Shown piece by piece: positions 46,701 through 57,030 of a stretch of 64,000 nt of DNA. Under the pieces are notes generated by a model that saw only the letters and a list, made by a program, of their open reading frames with translations, searched no databases and was not told the origin of the DNA. The position numbers were made by a program, and so were the translations under genes. Position 1 is the stretch's first letter, and each line of letters begins with the position of its first letter. Origin of the DNA: an uncultured Nitrososphaerales archaeon. Lineage in GTDB: Archaea; Thermoproteota; Nitrososphaeria; Nitrososphaerales; Nitrososphaeraceae. The stretch lies in NCBI GenBank assembly GCA_963713605.1, contig CAVQMO010000010.1:352001-416000 (forward strand), read 5' to 3'.

Positions 46701-46889
46701 TTAAGTGCATTTTGAGCATATTCCCTCATCCGATCTAATGGAACAAAGCTTTCCAGTTGAGTTGAAATGAGAATGAGAATAGATGATCCCGCACTTCTCA
46801 CATCTGTGAAGGTGAGTGCTTTCGCGAAATATTTCGGAATTTTTTAACTGTTTATCTACAACTATCCAAAGGTCGTCGCTGTCACTCAT
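46701..46889 (-). CDS. Small Cys/His-rich Zn-binding protein
   Basis: HLHRCEKCG..YSHSH...C...CSKC. Confidence 0.55.
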   Translation of the reverse strand: MSDSDDLWIVVDKQLKNSEIFRESTHLHRCEKCGIIYSHSHFNSTGKLCSIRSDEGICSKCT

Positions 46890-47094
46890 TTTACATCTTT
46901 CCACAAATATCAATCACAATGCACCGTTCCATATAAAAAGTCACTGATTTGGAGAGATTTTAGACAGGCAATAAGATAATCGAAAAAACCGATTTACAAC
47001 AGCATTGATTCGAAACGTACGATTTGCTTTTGATTTATTGACCCGTGAAGTATTGAATGAAAAATGTATAGTTCACTTCAGCTCAGAATGGGAT

Positions 47095-48103
47095 CTAATT
47101 CATTCTTTTGCGGGATTTCGAATAATTTACCTCTGGAAATATTTTTAGAATGTCTGCAAGTCTCTTTCTTAGTGTCACTATACTTATGTCTCCAGCTGCT
47201 TCCTATTTTTGATTGATTGATGTCTGCCTCTTGCCTTTTTAAACAACAAGCGTACAACACAGCCGTAGCTACTGCCTTAGGATCTTTTCCGTGGCAAATC
47301 GTATTCTTTTTTGCTATACTCAACATATTTACTGCTTCCCTATAAGTCGGTTGACTAATCTGTGCATTGGTTGCTATTTTGGAAATGTACGATGTAGCAT
47401 CGACTACAGCAGGGCTAATCCTCAATTTCCTAGACATTATTCTGTAGCATCTACCTGAGAAAATGGGCTCCGCATTTCCGGCGTAAGATACCTCTTGCAA
47501 CGTTCTTGGAATGCTCATTTCTTTACATGCGGCATAGATACTTGCTACAACCATTTCCTTTATTGCTCTTCCTTTGATCAAATTGCTATCAAAAGCTTTT
47601 CGATAATAATATGCAGCTCTTTCTATTACGGGATTGGTCAGCCCCAACTTGTCGCTAACTGTCGACATTATTGCAAATGCACTCTTAAAATTTCTCAGAT
47701 GATTCTTGTTATTACCACAAATTTTGTCCAAGTATCTAATCTTGTTGCTTGTTGTAATCTGTTCTTGATTTAGGACGGTACCATTCGCATCAGTATTTGA
47801 ATAAGTTATGATGGTTGACAGACCCTTGTCAGGGAAGACAAGTGATGATGGCATGCCCGATCTATTTTTCGCGTTTATATCACCTGTTGGCATTTCCTGC
47901 CTATCCAAAACAACCGTACCGCAGGTCGTACAGATTATTTCAGCAGTTAATCCATCGAAAATTGTCGCGCCACTTTTGCATGATGGACATATGCGAGAAT
48001 TGGTAATAACCTCAAGAGCATTTTGCCGTTCTCTATCTTGAACAGCGTCAACGGGATATTCATATAGAATATATTTCCCATGTTGTATAGATTGTTTATT
48101 CAT
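47095..48103 (-). CDS. tfb: Transcription initiation factor IIB paralog; +1 frameshift at about 47202
   Basis: CPSC...EIICTTCG, DKGLST, LIKGR, PRTL, GKDP; corrected tail AAGDISIVTLRKRLADI. Confidence 0.92.
47928..48042 (+). repeat. 115-bp exact direct repeat, copy 1 (inside tfb, Zn-ribbon codons)
   Basis: Identical to 48840..48954 by base-by-base comparison. Confidence 0.95.
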
Positions 48104-48240
48104 TGCATCAATTTAGCTCATCTTTTATAAAAAACGTTTGTGTTTTGTGTAATTTAATGAATCAAATACGTTAAATAACTCGGGTGTAATTAAACAAGTA
48201 CAATGTATTCCCCAGAAATGGATACGTAGGTGACCCTTTC

Positions 48241-48817
48241 ATGAAGACAACTACCAAAAGACGAAAATCCACTACCGAAGGTGTAACCTTCCGACTTCCC
48301 TCCGATAACCTGGAGCAACTATGCAAGGAAGCTGATACAAGGCAGATTAGCGTTAATACACTTGTAAACCAAATCATTAACGAACACCTTGATTGGCATC
48401 TCTACGCTCCTCAAGCTAAACTATACTATGTACCAAAACCGTTCATATCGAGAGTTCTTGAAAAGTTTACAGAACAACAATTAGTCGGTTTAGCGGAGGC
48501 GAGCGCAAAGAAGGATTTTGAGGATATTGGCTTACTATTGCGGGGAGAATTTACGAATCTCTTCCTTCCTAAGTATCTTGGAAAACTGGTCTAGAATTTC
48601 AGACATACCTTACAGGACCGAAGAGAGTGAAACTACCAAAAAGATCATAATTGAGCATAATATGGGGTCAAAGTACTCGTATTTATTCAAAGAGATTTAT
48701 AGGCGTTTGTTGGAAAACTCATTTGAAACAAAGACGCAGTTCGATACTACTGATAACACGATAGTTCTAACACTCGACAAAGAAGCACGTCCCTTAGAAA
48801 AAGAGACTGAATGCTAA
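48241..48817 (+). CDS. Ribbon-helix-helix regulator with an alpha/beta C-terminal domain; +1 frameshift at about 48556
   Basis: GVTFRLP...L..EA..RQISVNTLVNQII RHH; removing one A fuses the ORFs (FTISSFLSILENW...IEHNMGSKYS). Confidence 0.8.
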
Positions 48818-48839
48818 ACATCTCAAGTGAAGCTGCCAA

Positions 48840-48954
48840 GTACAGATTATTTCAGCAGTTAATCCATCGAAAATTGTCGCGCCACTTTTGCATGATGGAC
48901 ATATGCGAGAATTGGTAATAACCTCAAGAGCATTTTGCCGTTCTCTATCTTGAA
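48840..48954 (+). repeat. 115-bp exact direct repeat, copy 2 (orphan tfb fragment)
   Basis: Identical to 47928..48042; starts 23 nt after the RHH stop codon. Confidence 0.95.
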
Positions 48955-49201
48955 TTTCCATATGTAGTGAAATGAGCAATTGAATTAACTATCTATTATA
49001 GTTGAGAAATAGTTTGTTCCAACCATTTACAACTGGGTCAATATTGGGAATACGAATGATCACTGCCGGTACGAGAATACAATTGAAAGCCCCTCCTGTG
49101 TACTGTATAGTGGCTGCACGATTACAATAAAATTAGGTCTTGGTTGAAAATAAAAAAATTTAACTTGCCGTGAATGTTACTATACGTCAACCACTATTGA
49201 T

Positions 49202-49459
49202 TTAGTCGATTTTTTCCTTAACTTTCTCTTTTTCGTATTCTGTTCCTAAATCCCTATCGGTATCTGTTACTTTATTGAAAACAGCCTTTGCTCCTGCTTT
49301 TACTTTGTCTTTAGCATCTTTCGCCCCTTCCTTCACTTCATGTCCGACATCTTTCGCCCCTTCCTTCACGTCATGCCCGGCATCCTCAACGTCATCTTCA
49401 ACATCATCTTTCGTATCGACCTCATATCTTGTTTCTTTTTTTACTTCAAATTCGCCCAT
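49202..49459 (-). CDS. Hydrophilin / LEA-like small protein with 11-aa repeats
   Basis: DVKEGAKDVGH-EVKEGAKDAKD repeats; 33-bp DNA periodicity at 49315 and 49348; rich in D/E/K/A/G. Confidence 0.8.
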   Translation of the reverse strand: MGEFEVKKETRYEVDTKDDVEDDVEDAGHDVKEGAKDVGHEVKEGAKDAKDKVKAGAKAVFNKVTDTDRDLGTEYEKEKVKEKID

Positions 49460-49564
49460 TGTATCTTCACAAATTTATACTCAACATTCTATTTATAGCT
49501 TGTAAAATTTGGGGCTTACTTATCTATCCGGTCAACTATTTCTAACAAATTGTGATAAGCTCTA

Positions 49565-50020
49565 ATGGTAGCGATAGTAAAATCATTATCGAGTGGAATG
49601 GAGTCAAAAATAGCCCAAAATGTAGTCGCTCAGAACGATTCTGCTGATAGTGCTCAATTACAGACAGCAAACGTGACCGGAGAACTTACAAAGCCAGTTG
49701 GAGGGAATCCATACAGCGGCGAGAAAATCGGGGATATCGCAATATCTTCAGATGGACATCAAACCAACATCAAGGGGTTAGTCAGCGCATCCCCTGGAGA
49801 GGGAAAGGTTTATGAAGCCTGGCTTCAAGACGCCGGTGGTTCAGAATACAAACTTAGCTTAGGACAGCTCTCCGAAAACAGAACAATAAATGTCAGCCAA
49901 CATATGGTCAATCCATTTACATACACATTATTCTTCGTAACAGAAGAACCACGGGATGATGTGGACCCCAATTCAGCTGATGCCATAGGAGTTCAATTAA
50001 AAGCTCCATTCGGACAATAA
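49565..50020 (+). CDS. RskA-like domain protein, paralog of 45185; signal peptide degenerate
   Basis: EGKVYEAWLQDAGGSEYKLSLG...VTEEP..DVDPN...APFGQ; oligo-T terminator. Confidence 0.7.
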   Translation: MVAIVKSLSSGMESKIAQNVVAQNDSADSAQLQTANVTGELTKPVGGNPYSGEKIGDIAISSDGHQTNIKGLVSASPGEGKVYEAWLQDAGGSEYKLSLGQLSENRTINVSQHMVNPFTYTLFFVTEEPRDDVDPNSADAIGVQLKAPFGQ

Positions 50021-50138
50021 CAGAACTTCCTTCTTTTTTTTGCCCAATGATATTTACTACTTTAATTAGGAACTATATTGAATTAATGGATGCCGTGATT
50101 GATCCATCTCACTAAGGACCAAATTTATTCAAATTTAT

Positions 50139-51974
50139 TCAAAAGAGGGAAAATTTGCTTTCTCCTTTTGCCTCGGGATAGGGTGGGGGAAGATTCATCT
50201 CCTCGAAGTTATAATAGTAGAGATGACCTATAATGTTATCCCCATGTGAAACGCTGGAACCATTGTGATCTGCTATCTTCTTCCAAATGTCGAATCCATT
50301 ATCAAAATCCTCAAAGTTTGAACAATTATCATACGGTGAAGATTCAACCTTTCGTCGTGGTGGCGATAACTCCTTTTTTACTTTGAGGCGGTTCGCCAAA
50401 TGTTTGGTCAAATTTTCAGTCATTTCAAGTGATCCGGTATGCTCGCACCAAAGTCGTTTCCTCAGTTCCTTAGCAAGTAAACTTGAAGTGATTCCAACAT
50501 TAACCTCCGTTGAATCTTTGAATCCATTTTTGTCTGTATTTGTCGATCCAATTGTAATCCATTTGTCATCCACTATCAAAAGCTTTGAATGCACGTAGAT
50601 TTGACGAAGTCTTTTGGTTTTCTTATCTTGACAAACTAGAGAGTAAGTTCCCACCCTTCTTCCCAAGTCTCCTGCCTTCCTTATTTGCTGTAAATGTTTA
50701 TTGACATCATTTACACTAGTCTTGGACAGTATGCTGCCTATCAAACCTGGGAGGTTCGGTTCCATCGGACCAACAATAATAACTTTGAGGTTTTTCTGTT
50801 CTCGCAGTCTTTTGCAAAGTATCCTTGTAATGAATCCATTCTGAAATGGAAACTGGTTTTCAATGTATATGGATTTCTTTGCTCTTCGAATGGTATTTGT
50901 GTACCAAGCCAAAACACCTCCATCCCTATCCGTTCCTTCCCAAGTACGTAATGCGACTATTTTAGTATCTCCTACGGTTGCCTCGAGTGGAAAATTAGCC
51001 GGCTTCAAATCCATAGCCCGGACCTTTTTTTCATCTTTGACTTCGCAGTATGCCCATCGTTGGTTGAAGTGATAGGCTAAATCCCACACGATTGGACCTT
51101 TCATCATGGCATGAATGTCATGCCATGGTTCGGAATCCCGGTCTCTACTTGGATTGTTATATTCGTGTTTACTAGTGTCCCATTTACCTCTGGATAAATC
51201 AAATCCTCCGCAAAATCCTATCTTATCATCGATTACAATTATTTTTTCATGGTGAGCAGAAGAGAGAGTGGGTGAAGTATTATCTATCTTGACAATTAGA
51301 TTCTGTTCTATTCCATATTTTATAGTCAATTTATTCAGTACCTCGACCTCTTCGGCTCTCCCATCTAATCCTCTTTCATCAGCTCCTGGCAATATGCGCA
51401 GTGGCAGCCGCGGCTGCCAAACAATAATTCTAATTAACGTCCCCTTCCTAGCCTTCTCAATTATCAGCTCTTGCAATCGTTTATAGGAATGTCTTACTTC
51501 AAGACCTTGCTTAGAAATTGTGATATCAGATACATGAGATTTAGGATTTTGGCGACTTTTTACAGAGCCAGAAATTAATGAAGGACTATCCTGATCTTCT
51601 TTTAGGGATTTCGAATCAATCACGATGCTCCCTTTGACAAAGCTAAGGGAATTTGAACTGGAGCCACGAGAAGGTCTGTTGAGACCAATACTAGTATTAT
51701 AGTGATCCATGTTACTCACACTATAGCCTCCCTCTCGAACAAAATTCAGAGAAGGATCAAGGTCATAGCCGGCTATGTAAATAGAACTCTTCACTTGAGA
51801 AATGGCATTGTAAATGAGTTTGAAAGTTTCCTCGCCGTCGACAGTGAAGACTATATGATTTCCGGATGTGATTTCTCCGAAACGCGTTCTCTTCGGAGCA
51901 GGTATATATCGCTTCAGCGCTCGACGTTGTGCCAGCAAGTGCATGTTATTAGTCATTTTCTTTCTCCTGAACAA
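50139..51974 (-). CDS. Phospholipase D family protein with two HKD motifs
   Basis: HEKIIVID and HSKLLIVD; GGFDL..GKWD, PWHDIH, IYIENQF, IGSTN. Confidence 0.92.
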   Translation of the reverse strand: MFRRKKMTNNMHLLAQRRALKRYIPAPKRTRFGEITSGNHIVFTVDGEETFKLIYNAISQVKSSIYIAGYDLDPSLNFVREGGYSVSNMDHYNTSIGLNRPSRGSSSNSLSFVKGSIVIDSKSLKEDQDSPSLISGSVKSRQNPKSHVSDITISKQGLEVRHSYKRLQELIIEKARKGTLIRIIVWQPRLPLRILPGADERGLDGRAEEVEVLNKLTIKYGIEQNLIVKIDNTSPTLSSAHHEKIIVIDDKIGFCGGFDLSRGKWDTSKHEYNNPSRDRDSEPWHDIHAMMKGPIVWDLAYHFNQRWAYCEVKDEKKVRAMDLKPANFPLEATVGDTKIVALRTWEGTDRDGGVLAWYTNTIRRAKKSIYIENQFPFQNGFITRILCKRLREQKNLKVIIVGPMEPNLPGLIGSILSKTSVNDVNKHLQQIRKAGDLGRRVGTYSLVCQDKKTKRLRQIYVHSKLLIVDDKWITIGSTNTDKNGFKDSTEVNVGITSSLLAKELRKRLWCEHTGSLEMTENLTKHLANRLKVKKELSPPRRKVESSPYDNCSNFEDFDNGFDIWKKIADHNGSSVSHGDNIIGHLYYYNFEEMNLPPPYPEAKGESKFSLF

Positions 51975-52199
51975 TCCACCATCATGTCATGAGTTAGTTT
52001 TCTTGTCATCCTAGAATGCGACCAGATTTTAACGCTTATTCACCATTAAATATCATATTAGGTTTGGGCAGCCGCTCTCATTGATGCCAAGGCTATTTCA
52101 TATAGACATGAATCTGATTCGCATCAACAAAAAGCGAACGAATTAAAACAATATAACACGAGGAAAACAAAAAAAGATTATTGTGTTAGGATACTAAGA

Positions 52200-52613
52200 T
52201 TATTTGGCCTGCTCTCCCCCTTCATTAAAGAACTCTTGTACGCCTTTAAGGGCTTCTCCTGTCTTGTTTCCTATTGCTTGTAAACCCTCACCAGTTTTAT
52301 TTCCCGCAGTTTGTAACGCTTCACCAGTCTGGTTTCCCGCAGTCTGCATAGCTTCACCAGTCTGGTTTCCCGCAGTCTGCATAGCTTCACCAGTCTGGTT
52401 TCCCGCAGTCTGCATAGCTTCACCAGTCTGGTTTCCCGCAGTCTGCATAGCTTCACCAGTCTGGTTTCCCGCAGTCCGGTTTCCACCAGTCTGGTTTCCA
52501 GTCTGATTCGATCCTTGCGCGAACAATGCATCTGAAACGGACATAACAGAAAAGAGGCCCGAGAACAACACCAGCATGCCTATTGTACTATATTTCACTT
52601 TGCTTGAGACCAT
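52200..52613 (-). CDS. Secreted protein with tandem 11-aa repeats (TAGNQTGEAMQ), LEA-like
   Basis: Signal peptide ending LFA-Q; about 7 repeats. Confidence 0.85.
   Translation of the reverse strand: MVSSKVKYSTIGMLVLFSGLFSVMSVSDALFAQGSNQTGNQTGGNRTAGNQTGEAMQTAGNQTGEAMQTAGNQTGEAMQTAGNQTGEAMQTAGNQTGEALQTAGNKTGEGLQAIGNKTGEALKGVQEFFNEGGEQAK
52250..52505 (-). repeat. 33-bp coding tandem repeat
   Basis: GCTTCACCAGTCTGGTTTCCCGCAGTCTGCATA exact at 52318, 52351, 52384 and 52417, with degenerate flanking units. Confidence 0.95.
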
Positions 52614-52986
52614 TTACGATCAATTATACAACTATTCCTGCTACGCTATAACCTTTTCTTTTATAAGTACTTCGTTACTATATTTTCTTGATTAATCTGA
52701 CAATATTTTTCCGAAGGCATGCAGAAGACAAGAAAACACATTCAAATTCTCATCATATATTGCACACTATTCTATCCTATCCATGCAACAACGTGGCCAC
52801 AACCCCTGAAACACTTTTTTCTTTAGGGTTAAGTGCATACATACATCATATATTTGAATAATTGAGCAATTTGAAATATAATACTCCAAGCTAATAATGA
52901 GATAATTGTAGGAATTTTTTGCTATCCTGTTTGCGTTTGCGGAAGAGAACGACCAACACCTCGAGTGTGTGATTTCTTTGTAGAAA

Positions 52987-53406
52987 TTATTTATAATCTC
53001 TTAAATTTTCATAATTTTCGACTACCCGTATATTTTCGTCTAGGTCTGACCTCGATTCTCGATCTTTTCCCGCGGGAGAACCCCGAAACTTTTCAAAGTC
53101 ATTTCTGTATTGCTCACCTGACGGTGCTTCCTTAGACTCTCCCTCCTTTTCTCCATATTTGAATCTCTCTAGAACTTCTTCCTCACTAAGTAAGAGCCAT
53201 AGTGTATGACCATCGAATGCGTCTGCTGCATATTTTGGGACCCAGTAGCTCTCTTTCTTTAGCGTCCCTTTTTCTACTCTTACATAGTTCTGAGAAAACT
53301 CATTAATCTCGCCTAGTTCCTTTCCGTCTTTTGTTTTTACTTTTTTTCCTTTGATGACATTCCATAGAACACTTGGACCCCCTCCACTGCTAGAGCTTGA
53401 AGACAT
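52987..53406 (-). CDS. PRC-barrel-like protein
   Basis: W..IKGKKVKTKDGKELGEI...YWVPKYAADAFDG; ends VENYENLRDYK like 44476. Confidence 0.8.
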   Translation of the reverse strand: MSSSSSSGGGPSVLWNVIKGKKVKTKDGKELGEINEFSQNYVRVEKGTLKKESYWVPKYAADAFDGHTLWLLLSEEEVLERFKYGEKEGESKEAPSGEQYRNDFEKFRGSPAGKDRESRSDLDENIRVVENYENLRDYK

Positions 53407-53523
53407 CTTAGAACTATAGAACATAATAGGACAAAAAGGTATACATTTAATGCATAAGTTTTAGGCAGTTTTTGTGCAAAGCGATATATCTTTTGTTGTA
53501 TAATAGCCAATTAGCAATCAGAA

Positions 53524-54580
53524 TTGGGAATTGAAGTTATTTCTTGGGATACAGTTATCGGTAAGAAAGTGAAATCGAGCGATGAAAAGGATTTGGGAAA
53601 AGTACACACCATTACCAAGGATCTTATACAGACAAAAGAAGGTTTGGTTTCAAAGAATTATTACTTTATACCCAAGTATTATGTACAGGGTTACGATGGT
53701 GAACATGTCTGGGTTTCTTTGACTGAAGATGAGGTCAAGGTAAAATTTGAAAGGGATAACGCACCGACTGATTTGAAGGGGTTCTTGCCCGAAGGATATG
53801 ACGAGAAACGAGCCTGCTAAAATTAAAGAATTTCCTGAATTTGAAAACCAGGTACCTTCATTTTCTCCTGTAGAAGGGAGTTCAGGTGCTACAACTACGT
53901 CCCAGAAAGAGAAACTTGTGATGCCTTGGGAGGATGTCATGGGTAAGAAGGTCAAGTCTATTGACGAACACGACATAGGTGAAATTAAGAGTGTATTCTC
54001 TTCATTCGTAGAAGTAGAAGACGGATTGGTTCGAAAGAATCGTTACTACATCCCCAAGTACTATATTGAAGGCTATGACAATGAAGACCATGTTATCACC
54101 TCTCTTACCAAGGAAGACATTAAAAAGAAGTATCAACGCGATGGTCCTCCACTAGAATCAGAGTTGGACACGCAAGAATATCTCGAGAGAAAGCAAGCTA
54201 AAGATGAAAGGCATCCCCAAGTCTTTGTAAATGGAATTCCATTTATGGCCAAAGAACCTGGTGTGTTACTGGAAAGCGCGAGAACCGGGCAGACTCTGAA
54301 TATCCCTTGGGAAGAGGTCATATTTAAAAGGGTAAAAACTTCAGATGAAGTGGATATAGGGGATATTGAGACGGTAGCGAATGAATACATAGTTGTAAGA
54401 GAAGGTGTCGGTAAAATTAGACGCTACTTTATACCGAAATCACAAATAAATAATTATGATGGGAGTGCGCTTTATGTAGACGTACCTAGCGGCTTAGTCA
54501 GTGCCAAGTTCGAACGAGAGTCTCCTCCAACACCAGAGGAAGTAAAAGCATTGTCTGAAGACAGACAAAACGTTACTTGA
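53524..54580 (+). CDS. Triple PRC-barrel-like repeat protein; +1 frameshift at about 53814
   Basis: Three units W..V..K.VKS.D..D.G.....Y.IPK..I.GYD....L; removing one C fuses the ORFs. Confidence 0.82.
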
Positions 54581-54703
54581 AGTAATAAATAAATTCCAGT
54601 GCATTTAGAGCAGGTTCGATTTTTCCATCTCTTTTTTAAGGAGCTAACTAAACACTAGATAAGACAGCAGCATATGGGGTATAATAAATGGTAACGTTCT
54701 ACG

Positions 54704-55420
54704 CTAACGTTCGCCGCAGCACCAATTCTTCAGGAAGTTGCTGGCTGATCTCGTATCATTGTAAGTAAATTTTTCCGGATCTGAAGACATTACTCCTTTG
54801 AAATCATTGTGAATATCAAGAGGTGTATTATTTAGAGTAATGATGCTTTCCAGACCAGCTCTATTGGCAGCTTCTACTCCCAATGGCGAATTCTCTACTA
54901 CAATTACCTGGGAGGGGGCAAGTTTCATTTTATATAACGCAATAACAAATGGTGTGGGATTTGGCTTCCCTTTTTCCAAATCATCACCAGTGATTATGAA
55001 GTCAAAATATTTGGCTCCAATATTCTTGTCTAAAATCGCTTCGACCTCTTCTCTGGCAGAACCGCTAACAACAGCTTTGATACATGACTTTCCGCATTCT
55101 GTTGTTAAATCTTCGAGCAATTCTTTTGCTCCATCTATCCCTTTAGCATCCTGAATCTGTTTAAAAATCTGTTCCTTTTTTGATCCGATCTGTTTTGCCA
55201 TTTCATCATTCACCTCTACTTCATTATCGATGTGCTCTCGCTTGAAGACCTCTTTTACTAAATCTGAACCTGGCATTCCTTCAAGTAAATATATGTTTTT
55301 TTTGTCTATTTCATGGTTAGTCTTTTCTTTTATTGCTCTGCTCATAGCCTCTGCATGAAAAGGCATCGAGTCAATAAGGACGCCATCCATATCAAAGATA
55401 ATACCCTTCTTAGTTGACAT
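54704..55420 (-). CDS. HAD-superfamily phosphatase (beta-phosphoglucomutase-like)
   Basis: FDMDGVLIDS, VSGS, KGKPNP, VENSPLG. Confidence 0.92.
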   Translation of the reverse strand: MSTKKGIIFDMDGVLIDSMPFHAEAMSRAIKEKTNHEIDKKNIYLLEGMPGSDLVKEVFKREHIDNEVEVNDEMAKQIGSKKEQIFKQIQDAKGIDGAKELLEDLTTECGKSCIKAVVSGSAREEVEAILDKNIGAKYFDFIITGDDLEKGKPNPTPFVIALYKMKLAPSQVIVVENSPLGVEAANRAGLESIITLNNTPLDIHNDFKGVMSSDPEKFTYNDTRSASNFLKNWCCGER

Positions 55421-55445
55421 ATGACAAAATGTCTTTTTACGAGAT

Positions 55446-56527
55446 TTATGGATTTATTATTCCCCTACCAACAACTTTTCCTTCCTTCAGCTTGGATAAA
55501 GCTTCTGTGGCTTGCTCAAGCTTAAATTTGTCTGATACAAGGGGCTTTATTACACCACGTCTAGCCAACGATACCAGTTCTGCAAGCTGAGCGATGTTCC
55601 CTGTATAGGATCCAATCAACTTGTAGGCCCTTGTGGGCATACTTATAAGGTTTAATTTTAACGCGCCTCCATACAACCCAACTAATACCATTCGAGCACG
55701 CTTTCTCAAAAGTTGCATATCTACCTCTGTGCTTTTCGAGGAGTTTACAAAGTCAATAACTGCGTCCGCGCCCAGTTTTTGTGTCACTTCCATCACAGCA
55801 GACTATGGCGTTTTCCTTCTTTGAATTAACGATAAAATCTGCGCCGTTCTTTTTAGCCGCCTTTAACTTGTTGTCATCCAAATCCATAGCAATCACCGTT
55901 GAACCTGTAATTGCCTTTGCGAGTTGAATTGCCATTAAACCTAATCCTCCCGCGCCGATGATAACTGCAGTGTCATACGGTTTCAGACTTGCATTACTTA
56001 TTGCACCATATGCAGTCAACGAAGAACAAGTTAGCGTACTTGCTGTATTTGCATCAAACGAACCAGTCTCAATATCGTTGGTTATATCTAAAAGGTATCT
56101 GTAAGCTTGGCACCAAGACATACTCAGAATACCCACCATCTTTGTAAATACCCAAGGATCGCGGTCGGTCACATAAATTCTCGTTGCCCTCTCTGCACGC
56201 TGGACACATTCCTTCACCCAACCACGGGTAAACAAGAACCTTGCTATTTTTTTTGAACAGATTAAGTGAAGATACTTCCTCACCAACCTCTTCGACCATC
56301 CCCGCAATTTCATGCCCAGGAATTAGCGGATAGCGCACGCCTCGATCAGTTGCTTTGAGGAACTCTCCGTCTGGACCTTCATAACCTCCTTCCCAGAGAT
56401 GAATATCACTATGACAAACGCCACAGGCCTCTACCCTGACAAGGACCTGGGAACCTATAGGTTTCGGGGTTTCTTTAGATACAATTTCTAAAGGAGATTT
56501 TGGCTTGATAATACTTGCAGACTTCAT
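55446..56527 (-). CDS. Zn-dependent alcohol dehydrogenase; two +1 frameshifts (about 56104 and 55802)
   Basis: GVCHSD, PGHEIAG, CPAC...C, IGAGGLG, GRGIINP across three ORFs. Confidence 0.92.
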
Positions 56528-57030
56528 AGAGGGGTTAAGAAGAGATTGAATATAAAATGATTGTTATGAGGACTGTGTATGAGCAAATCGCATTAATACT
56601 CTCAAAAATTGAAATTCTTGATATCTTTTCCTATTCCATAATCTTTAGGGATTCCTTAGTCTGCAGTTATCCTGAATAAATTCTCTCTACTCCAAGCCGC
56701 ATGTCCCACGATTGGACATATACACTTGCAGTATTGTGCCTCCGTTCGCTAGTCGTAGATTTATTAGACCAGTAGTGAAGTGGGCATTCTTCTGTTAGTT
56801 CAATTTGTGATATTTAGAACATCTGTTGAATATAGTCCGATTGCTGCATTGAGTCAATAATTCATGTTGACAACAATCCTAATGTCCCAAATGGGTTGAC
56901 TCGGCATCTTCTTTGTAAACTATATCGGAACAACTATGTTTATTCAGTCCCATATCTTCTTTCTAAATCAGATCGTTTATTACTGGCAGAGAAATCTGGT
57001 TCAAAAAATAAATAAATAAAAGACCGCAAT

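Noticed and set aside
50139..51974. PLD, HD hydrolase and cyclase as an anti-phage system (CBASS/Pycsar/dNTPase-like)
   Set aside because: The genes are far apart, have no adjacent effectors, and the HD gene sits next to pyrH in a housekeeping context.
52250..52505. 33-bp repeats as a CRISPR array
   Set aside because: Units abut with no unique spacers, keep frame in a signal-peptide ORF, and no cas genes are present.
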